Source: a virus
Taxonomy: Duplodnaviria > Caudoviricetes
Reading direction: 5' to 3' (one strand)
Length of the DNA stretch: 24,507 bases
IMG/VR virus record: IMGVR_UViG_3300032246_000953
Location: 1 to 24,507 of that record
Part shown: positions 19,201 to 22,422 of the stretch, in pieces
Numbering within the stretch: position 1 is the stretch's first letter
Layout: every line of letters begins with the position of its first letter
Notes under the pieces: generated by a model
Told to the model about the DNA's origin: nothing
The model's database searches: none
The model's input: only the letters and a program-made list of their open reading frames with translations
Program-made: the position numbers and the translations under genes

Positions 19201-21604
19201 TACAGGTAGCATGGAAGTAATTACCCAAGCTGATAATGGATTAGTTTGGACAGATCCAATCGTTGTGCATAATGGTACAAGATTAACACTGGGAGAGCAA
19301 AGCTTTGTCACGCAAACTAAGAGCAGCACAAATTCAATAGTTTGTACCTCTACCAATCACTTTGACGTAAATGATAAAGTTACTTTTAGTGCAACAATGT
19401 TTGGTGACGTTATACAACCAAACACCGTGTACTATATCGCTACTATTGTAGATGATAACGATTTTACTATTTCAGAAACATTAGGTGGACCTATACTCAC
19501 ACTAACAGATGCTTTTGGTGCTGCATTCTGCGTAACAGCAGACTATGCAATTGCAGTAGCTGGCAGTGAAGTTGGTGCTGCTCGTCCAGGAATATCAGCT
19601 AAAATTGTATTCCCAGTTATCTATACCACAGCAGATGATTATGTATCATTTGCAGTATTTGGACAAACTGTACCACAACAGTATGGATACACACTACCTG
19701 AAACACAAACTTATACAGGTACAGGTGCTTTGGCAACATTCTCATTATTCAACTATGCTAGTGGAGATAATCCAAATAATGCTATTGTTGAAATCGATGG
19801 ATTACGTTTATCGAATACCGATTATATAATTAATGCTGAATTATCTACTATTATCTTTAATACTGCGCCCCTACTTGGCGCTAATATAGCAGTTACTACA
19901 TACAATCTAACTGATCGTCAGTATTTTAGCACGCAGTATGATATTACTGGCAATATCATTTCTTCAATCGTTGGTATCAGTAATGCTATCACTGTGCCAC
20001 TAGCTAATACCCCAGTCTATTCTTCTACCGCAGTGGGCAACTTGATTACTTGCGCTTCAACTAGTAATTTTATAGTTAATCAACCCATACAGTTCTTTGG
20101 TACCGCTTTTGGTAATATTCTAACTGATGGTACAGTGTATTTTGTTCTTACTATTGATAGCCCAACTGAGTTTACTATATCCCAAACACAGGGAGGTAGT
20201 GCTTTCAATCCAGGTACAGCATCAGGTATTATGCTAGGTTCAGTTGGTGGACAACCTGCTGTTCGTGTAACTACACAATTAGATAATGAATTTGTTACAA
20301 ATGATTTGGTTGTAATTGATTCAACTAGTGGTTCAGTACAGCTAAACAATAACGCATATTATGTTCATGTAATCAGTCCTACTCAGTTTGATTTATACAC
20401 TGAACCATATGATCCTGCTATCGACGCTACAAATTACCCAGTAACACAATCAGGTACTTATATCGGTGGTGGATTTACTTGGTTAGATGGTATGTTTACT
20501 CTGACTGATGTTGTAGCTACAGGAACTTCAAGCGTAGATAATACTATTATTGTTCCCGACACTACTGGGCTAATAGTTGATACGCCTGTATTTTTCACTG
20601 AACAGGGCAAAAAAGCGGGTGAAACTACTCTGGGTGGCTTGGTAATAGGTACAGAATATTATATAAGGTCAATTCCCAATACAACTAAGTTTAAGGTGTC
20701 TGAGACAAGATCAGGGGCCGAAGTTATATTAACAACTGACGCAGGTAGCATGAATGTTACCCAATGGGAACAGTTAAATGTGGATAGATTATGGGTAACT
20801 GTTAACGGTTATCGTGTACCTTCAACGTCACTGCGCTTGAACCCAAATAATAACTTAAGCATTTTAGTTCAAATGGCTGCTACTGATTCAGTGATTATCA
20901 CTAATATGATTCCTACAGCTACTCCAAATGAACTAGTTTATCTACAAAATGTTAATAAAGATAGTATACCCTCAGTGTTCCGAGCAAACTCAAATACACG
21001 CACTTGGCTAACTGAACCATTGCTTAAAAATGATACTTATATATTCATGAGTGATGTAAGCAGAGTTACCGATACTGTTGTACAAAATGCGGTAGCTCCC
21101 GCTCCAATTGATGGAGCAATGTATATTCCATTGAATGCTGATAGAAATACAATTTGTCAAGTAGTTCTGTACAATGAAACATCGGGAGAGTATCTATTTG
21201 GAGTCTATGAGGTGGTAATCATAGCAACTGCTCCTGTACTTAAGATTATACCTACTGAACCTATTTCGGGTACTATATTTGTTAGCGAAGGTAATAATTT
21301 AGTTATTACTATAACAATGGGCAAGCTGCTGTTTATCAATGGTGAATATATCTCATTTAGTGAAGTTAATTATGGAGCTAATTCAGTTGGTAAGCTACAA
21401 CGAGGAATCAATGGTACTGGCATACAGCCAATAACTCCTACATATTCTGAAGTTTATGGATTATTAGCGGCTAACTTATTACCTGAAGCAGAGTATAGTG
21501 TAACTTGGAATCCTATTCCTGGCATCTATAACACTGTTATCGGTGATCCTCTACAGATAGCAGACACAACAGCGGCAAATTTCTTAAAAGGTGACATCCC
21601 TTAA
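4292..21604 (+). CDS. Giant (5770 aa) modular virion/baseplate protein, probable gp7/gpI-like wedge component with an FG-GAP-like beta-propeller and many beta-rich repeats
   Basis: Uninterrupted 17.3-kb ORF with GAGAG upstream of the ATG, following the gp6-like gene. It carries FLPDIF at the N-terminus, YKNLIKEKGT (KGT at 10256) and YINEAKPYH (KPYH at 14693), which resemble gp7/gpI wedge motifs. It also has seven FG-GAP-like blades and several repeat families. The ORF itself is certain; the gp7 assignment is inference. Confidence 0.75.
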   Translation: MATRIRTLNFLPDIFRTPTNSQFLGATLDQIVDQPNTMKIEGYVGSKFGYGINAKDYYVVEPTKTRTDYQLEPGVVFTKKDTSTAQDFISYPGIVDALKLAGGVTNNNDRLFNSQFYSWDSFTNLDPLINYTQYYWISDTSFPAVTVSTNTVYNSGAYVVTSLPNGYEITSDTNPVGSINPSITLLRGGTYTFQVSQATQFWIQGQPGVTGYDPAQPNMQTRDVFGVTNNGANVGLVTFEVPYKDAQDQYIFPGNNLVDVVSDVPYDQINGKLLSEIGNIDGLTSLEGKTVMFYGDVSASTYFYQITYTLGPTPTDPIIILIPTSGIPVNEKITATSGTTYIGRNFYRSPAGLITIIPYLSSLLDTLYYQDGTNPLQVGVIKLIESNYTDILDIDTIIGKKTYTSPNGVVFTNGLKVSFSGNITPANYSNNEYYVQGVGTAISLIPVTALAVPESFTKQSASYIPYDTTPYDTKNYDAQLYVPIDQDYITISRDSIDKNPWSRSNRWFHTDVINATAQYNNDPTIIDRYATQANKAKRPIIEFYPNLGLFNSGIVGKAPVDFIDIRTTDAFNQVAGQIIYYPDVAVFTAETAIIAAATSATSTTIQINSSSILPGSGSFAVGQYITDSTNVLPYNTTISAISGTTGVLTITVEWPNPDTIVPTGSASLVANPSPNDNYAIFDGARIVFTNDTNINVRNKIYVARFSIIIPNVQTVITLTEADDGLVLPNEQTVAFKGYYNQGKGWYFDGLNWYEAQQKITVNQPPLFDIFDGDNISLGNPEVYAGTSFKGNKLFAYAIGSGTNDSILGFPLKYVTIGGLVGDISFDVSLNSDTFNYVRGSNSITQKVNTGYVYNYSDIDTYARQLGWQTAVAPSRQYQLFSADYDKTLLTQQSTVDPLYPDTTTTRNVFVVECDIAADLTSIWPYLQVSRNNDILAPTQYTSIVSDTTTTVIIDVDEPLVETVYQIAILSNQVSSTAFYQIPINLNNNPLNEEITTLNVGDIRGQYQSIFYNNPDTTGEVFGSNNYRDLGNLVPWGNKIIQNSASLVLPGTFLRKPDHNLILSLQYNSQQYITFKSLLIDTVNNTAYETYTTPANALDDALDQMTASKLESGPFFWSDMIPSKAAYITNVYRFANALDVSIYPLSQVYNFETANYSGVLVYLTRNGIIKQLLTGVDYTVSTTSPTLTIETDLLPNDLITIKQYNQTYGSYVPNTPTKLGLYPAFIPGVVTYPEPPKSENLQNRTTYFIKGHDGSYNKLYGEYIDGVLTDLRDQVLLEFELRVYNNLKLSNTIPIRDYDVLPGFFRESQYSFSEVLSIYEQYFLNWVGQNRIEYKPQVYVNGDQFTYNYNQSGNKINRDQIPVGNWRGVYQYFYDTASPDTAPWEMLGFANQPTWWTARYGPAPYTSDNLILWGDLAAGINWNNGDPVVIPQAVRPQLLRVLPVDSAGNLVSPFVAVVGNYDQRTFNNDWRAGDVGPTEFSYRKSSSWPFDLMKILALTKPANFFNLGVDVDNYKYSKEFNQYLVNERSHLVISDVEIYGTGTPKTSYINWIVDYEKQVGIDATTNITTLLDNLDVRLVYRLAGFSDKTLLRFFVEKGTPNSRNASLMIPDESYAVLLYDNQPFEQIVYSSVVIQKTLNGWKVFGNSQSRAYFTINPPKIDGRYDTISVENLSVQAANNYQLDREVIIPYGTEFYNAQDVSQFLASYGAYLSGQGVLFDQIESGLQVSWSQMIAEFLYWAQAGWQVGSIVNINPAANLISINQESAIVQPLTLQRQNFVLNQNLYPIQSIDLSVVRDGTLFTAQTLNQGDTVAYGQFNMSAIEHGIVFDNVTLFNDIIYNLITGLRQNRIFLRGTKSAEWNGTLDAQGFILNQDNIKEWSKETKYTTGEIVKFKNKYWVALVKLQASETFQEQFWKRTDYNEIQKGLLPNSSTRSYESTLYYDTNYANLEQDADLLSFSLIGYRPRDYLAVADLTDITQINVYKNLIKEKGTRTAVNTFKGAKLAQGDINYDVYENWAIKSGEFGGVLNNNFIDFRLNQNELTGNPSIVGLTTGVFTTGVQQEVPLYSVFNYGRPITDPNVLATLPTDTPDKLFPSAGYPNFNDVKTYSYFYSGLNNAVVPLSRLYVGEYLWVADFKGTWQVFTPQSIGQVINVVNNLNNTITVQFNAPHNLVKYQPFAIINFNTNIDGYYIVTSVLDPTRVTVTLSLSSATLNITGTGIGVAFTSQRVGKPSDIVSFPVNDNEFIKTKVWVDENNDGSWAVYRKSLNYQYTVGKSEITKANSVAFGSAVAYTNNLGYLISDASLGEVYRYVYNSVFARYDLTQTLFSSIITAGSFVIGNDYRIVTLGTTTNTEWNLIAGTSGVSYVVGSRFTCANAGTGSGTAGLLNTTFGTTIGYAGSIFSISQPTGATTNDRKVSVYNLVINELYNELQLIQTITAPIGITNWGNAITVSGDQQWLYIGGYEQNIVYAYKFNATTNEYDHAATIALSTSETGDRFGYSLSTNYYGNTLVVGAPGENYNATTDNWGYTYVFNRLTQAFEFQFDQAPSFTLAFTPTTVSVTVNGTALEADEYTLIGNVISITKPLNTGDIIIVSGNQFVLMQELTTQNEPKIGVQFGYSVDTNNYGTEILVGAPFEVNENNQEGAVYRYTTSGGAYGYIVGSKECYVYAATTILINGYQVTIPAGNAASTASAINAAKITNVIASSADNILTIRLANVKLALINDKLNLQVLQTNILDQLGIDVYTQTQTINDPHQQSRTQFGTVVKFNELGSFVVSAPVAARYAHTTFDMTDDENFDNDTLFDNNTTQWVDRFINAGAVYMYDYLSVYNENLHNVGKFVYAQSVNARNENYGAQPYYGTALDFNSNNVIVGTPGFKPGTTNGQVVVYDNSIGVQNWATYRYSAPVVDTGAIQNVQLYSAITNNTLENLDYIDPLQGKILGVVRENLDVVSNADPAVYNSSTANNQGAIVWGERQLGQLWYNTSTTRFVNYHQNDSVTYNSKWWGRVFPGSNVQVLSWITSDQLPVNYSGPGTPYDITSYSIEYTTNSTGALVPVYYYWVRNTNIIFTKTGKTLSDTVCESYIGLPTATGIAYMAPIQPNIFGLYNSGDYINANDSVLHIGFATSRNDDVSHSSYNLIKVDYADDFLPGLPGVGSAIEPESLYLKMIDSLSGVDTAGGIVPDPFLPKPVQSGILSRPRQSFFYNRFKALQNYLEYANTVLAQFPILEIRNGNLSFLYKVGEVNKSTDPVYNTDPVSPYYSSNPWTGPILPFYDTTDYWTPINWWATGYNNNTKSSLLVPLYSDLSTIGNPQNGLIVTVAENGAGSQETYRYVAPVGNTAGYWVRIGLQNGTIKFDSSLWDYATARIGFGDSFFDTQPYDYYPSTETRNIIRSLNEEIYTNELLIFRNKSLILLFEYIQSETVESQNYMPWLNKTSFIDVAHTIRELLPLRVFRSDNQVFLSGYINEAKPYHVVIKDFIFNYTRTDLYNSDITDFDLPAKYSTNYDQFITPMLVYSGADAINEFLSTDPIWQSPDYTKWYNNYGLSLATVYKYPMTTVASYLNLVSDNLYVNNVSGFPVTGTVLIGTELIGYTGIDTAYNILTGLTRGVKGTLVQNHIYGEQIYIDLPPVLVINSGRGYAVPPRITAYIDISIYPAPRVAAILAPIMAVDKVIGVQVVNPGSGYAVLPEIIIEPALTENFASTGVDIHLNYIALTTTGLVTGDLVRYDVGADTEPVSGLQVGAYYYVNLLQTTPSNVIALYTNYVDAIQDHNRVNLYTQGTGDNNILALTAVASCTTTSQPVRENITTLRFDRTSYNSSLQTWQPGQFYGSKYTGDLSLTKLASSSLLLQSTNPPISEILASAQGQTFEILEVRNVETYTWSSRTRTVFATTSPDRITVMSSIGGDSLNPTLGFYVDMPIKFEGEAFGGLSVGVTYYVTDIYNNLEFSVSETIGGMPITLTTESAPSAGLLAITGTLTNQTVIKLFYPGILKTTATTKTTNIVTVPLLPTGLGGTQGFYTGLPIYFTGRNVQAGSFVIGQGYTIVKVGTTDFTLCGASANEIGVQFTATSVGTGTGVASTVFGDVIANQEFYVTTVIDAENFTMSYTSTPTETTLSATTAGTNYVTVESVNGFTVNDPIIFTNMQIAGTRVTDFGNIQAGIVYYVQSIINGTQIQISTQFNGAALTLTTVAAATDTDGTITNQNENVQLSTAIGEMTLVAGLPISPGQINGQRFAFYPTSNAYTGVSGITSDLLTRTITAAVSTNNGLYLAISTGGISDVYVNMPFRVQTTIGGLLTGTTYYVRSTDTLNTIVTNTTISTNELTCTTAGFYEGMAIKFSGTVFGGVVPNLTYFVLSIVDGNTFTISNEIGGTEVNLSTASGSMQLTGEQYITVKDGVGSQVSLSYDIAFVTLIQYPLSAPTFNVGYTAGGYFVQVATPGTGYAVNNTITVDGAQLGGESGTNDLTMTVYEISSIGEVVTVISTGAPAGINANYYLKVISENECELYYNSSLSIPVPESQFPFNGITQTTVTGVTAATNELTVTSSVSFAINDPVVFTGDVFGGMVLGETYYIKSKPSPTTVTISTFPNGTVFDITADETGDCIMATVGDVSLLPDPFYATQSIVIYNNKVYQCVVSNNDDDFVFRKWQLMDSGDRQLNALDRIVGYYQPTINMPGLDLTQLVANIVYPNNTYLDNAFAPADEYPYDTLLLDNTFTQVNDNIYTVQGDEFTAGYGPEELVPGIVTDNLTMIVKTRPGSNWESTVYQNVGYNSVSTEITPAQPDQVLYSFADVVINPIQISVFDIDTTTKLSVRLYDYTVDWINKVVTISAPLAANHILRIDVYEVGNGDQLVRSNSQTDPYFLNETTQFSEIYLDCHYSASITNGSGLIMPGTEPKEVEAIETSATDNTILCVSVSAFTLNAPITFQGAVFGGVALDTTYYIKTASAITDRITISDTQVGGIAGPTLTLTSATGSMEVITQADNGLVWTDPIVVHNGTRLTLGEQSFVTQTKSSTNSIVCTSTNHFDVNDKVTFSATMFGDVIQPNTVYYIATIVDDNDFTISETLGGPILTLTDAFGAAFCVTADYAIAVAGSEVGAARPGISAKIVFPVIYTTADDYVSFAVFGQTVPQQYGYTLPETQTYTGTGALATFSLFNYASGDNPNNAIVEIDGLRLSNTDYIINAELSTIIFNTAPLLGANIAVTTYNLTDRQYFSTQYDITGNIISSIVGISNAITVPLANTPVYSSTAVGNLITCASTSNFIVNQPIQFFGTAFGNILTDGTVYFVLTIDSPTEFTISQTQGGSAFNPGTASGIMLGSVGGQPAVRVTTQLDNEFVTNDLVVIDSTSGSVQLNNNAYYVHVISPTQFDLYTEPYDPAIDATNYPVTQSGTYIGGGFTWLDGMFTLTDVVATGTSSVDNTIIVPDTTGLIVDTPVFFTEQGKKAGETTLGGLVIGTEYYIRSIPNTTKFKVSETRSGAEVILTTDAGSMNVTQWEQLNVDRLWVTVNGYRVPSTSLRLNPNNNLSILVQMAATDSVIITNMIPTATPNELVYLQNVNKDSIPSVFRANSNTRTWLTEPLLKNDTYIFMSDVSRVTDTVVQNAVAPAPIDGAMYIPLNADRNTICQVVLYNETSGEYLFGVYEVVIIATAPVLKIIPTEPISGTIFVSEGNNLVITITMGKLLFINGEYISFSEVNYGANSVGKLQRGINGTGIQPITPTYSEVYGLLAANLLPEAEYSVTWNPIPGIYNTVIGDPLQIADTTAANFLKGDIP
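5684..5711 (+). repeat. 13-bp direct repeat CCATATGATACAA x2 (15-nt period), encoding PYDTT-PYDTK
   Basis: Copies at 5684-5696 and 5699-5711, followed by a degenerate third unit (NYD). Confidence 0.8.
11144..12955 (+). repeat. Seven FG-GAP/integrin-alpha-like blades (beta-propeller) within the giant ORF
   Basis: Blade starts: FGSAVA (11144), FGTTIG (11459), WGNAIT (11624), FGYSLS..LVVGAPG (11780), FGYSVD..ILVGAPF (12137), FGTVVK..VVSAP (12575), YGTALD..VIVGTPG (12863). Each is followed by a G-x-V-Y-type strand. Confidence 0.75.
15440..20758 (+). repeat. About 11-12 copies of a ~60-80 aa protein repeat (F..N.PI.F.G..FGG...GT.YYV..I....FTIS...GG...L....GSM) within the giant ORF
   Basis: Copy cores begin near 15440, 16025, 16337, 16682, 17123, 17273, 17927, 19034, 19358, 20066 and 20567, with a related FCCH-like unit at 20288. 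Similarity is at the protein level; the DNA is diverged. Confidence 0.8.
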
Positions 21605-21606
21605 AA

Positions 21607-21618
21607 GATAAATAAATA
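21607..21618 (+). promoter_or_regulatory. Two overlapping late promoter-like boxes (GATAAATA 21607-21614; AATAAATA 21611-21618)
   Basis: They fill the 15-nt gap after the giant ORF. The first box ends 5 nt before ATG 21620, the same geometry as 358-365. Confidence 0.65.
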
Positions 21619-21619
21619 T

Positions 21620-21778
21620 ATGAATACTAATCAGAACAATGGTGACCAAGCGAAAGAAGAGCAAACAGAACCAAATACTCGTCCAAATGAGATTGGTGGT
21701 TTTTACTTTTCTTCGTCTGTAAAAATTACAGACCCAAACACAAAAGAAATATTGGTTCAAATCAGGGGCGATAACTAA
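21620..21778 (+). CDS. Small hypothetical protein (52 aa), absent from the supplied ORF track
   Basis: Translated by hand: MNTNQNNGDQAKEEQTEPNTRPNEIGGFYFSSSVKITDPNTKEILVQIRGDN*. It fills the gap exactly, follows a late box, and its stop overlaps the next start (TAATG, 21776-21780). Confidence 0.8.
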   Translation: MNTNQNNGDQAKEEQTEPNTRPNEIGGFYFSSSVKITDPNTKEILVQIRGDN

Positions 21779-22389
21779 TGTCAGTAATAACTTTATCATA
21801 CAAAATTGAAGGTTTTCTCAAAATATACGATCCTAATAATGGTGAAATTTTTGTAGATAAAAAGAATGCTATAAACTATGAAAATATGTCAGTAGCCATA
21901 GCCGATACACTAAGTAGTAGAGGATATGGGGAAATATATCAAATGGCTTTTGGTAACGGTGGTGCATCAGTTTCAGACACCGGCGTTATTACCTATCTAC
22001 CTCCTAATGTAACAGGACTAAATGCGGCTCTGTACAATCAAACCTACGCTAAAGTAGTAGATGATACCAGTGCATTTAATCTAGACCCAACTAGAAACAA
22101 AATGTCTGTTCTACATACATCAGGTAAAGTATATACTGATATTTTAGTTCAATGTTTATTAGATTATGGTGAACCTGCAGGACAGGCTGCGTTTGATAAT
22201 AGTACACAAACAGATTCTAGCTACATTTTTGATGAGTTGGGATTACTAGCTAATTATAGTCCACTTAATCCTGGCGAAGCTACAAGATTGCTAACTCATG
22301 TAATATTTCACCCAGTACAAAAAAGCTTAAACAGGCAGATTCAAATAGATTACACAGTTAGGATTCAGGCGCTAACTAGTCAAGTATAA
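21778..22389 (+). CDS. Conserved phage structural protein, possibly a tail-fibre attachment/collar-type domain
   Basis: 203 aa, between the baseplate genes and the fibre. The pattern MAFGNGG...ALYNQ...FDELGL...LLTHVIFHPVQK...I.IDYTVRI resembles tail-collar fibre N-terminal (DUF3751-like) domains. The function is inferred. Confidence 0.6.
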   Translation: MSVITLSYKIEGFLKIYDPNNGEIFVDKKNAINYENMSVAIADTLSSRGYGEIYQMAFGNGGASVSDTGVITYLPPNVTGLNAALYNQTYAKVVDDTSAFNLDPTRNKMSVLHTSGKVYTDILVQCLLDYGEPAGQAAFDNSTQTDSSYIFDELGLLANYSPLNPGEATRLLTHVIFHPVQKSLNRQIQIDYTVRIQALTSQV

Positions 22390-22414
22390 ATTTAATGTAA
22401 ATATATTATCGGAG
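22385..22414 (+). promoter_or_regulatory. Late promoter-like boxes (TATAAATT 22385-22392; TGTAAATA 22396-22403) and Shine-Dalgarno GGAG (22411-22414)
   Basis: Two 7/8 matches to TATAAATA. GGAG lies 8 nt upstream of ATG 22423. Confidence 0.55.
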
Positions 22415-22422
22415 TTATTTAA

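Noticed and set aside
1799-19829. Alternate-frame + strand ORFs (1799-2005, 8268-8519, 19566-19829)
   Set aside because: They are fully nested in larger CDSs, with the Leu/Ile/Gln/Met-rich composition expected from a shifted reading frame and no translation signals.
4292-21604. Inteins or introns as the reason for the giant ORF's size
   Set aside because: I noticed no intein-type N-terminal Cys block, no HN-(C/S/T) junction in a splicing context and no LAGLIDADG motif. The frame is continuous and the inserts look like structural modules.
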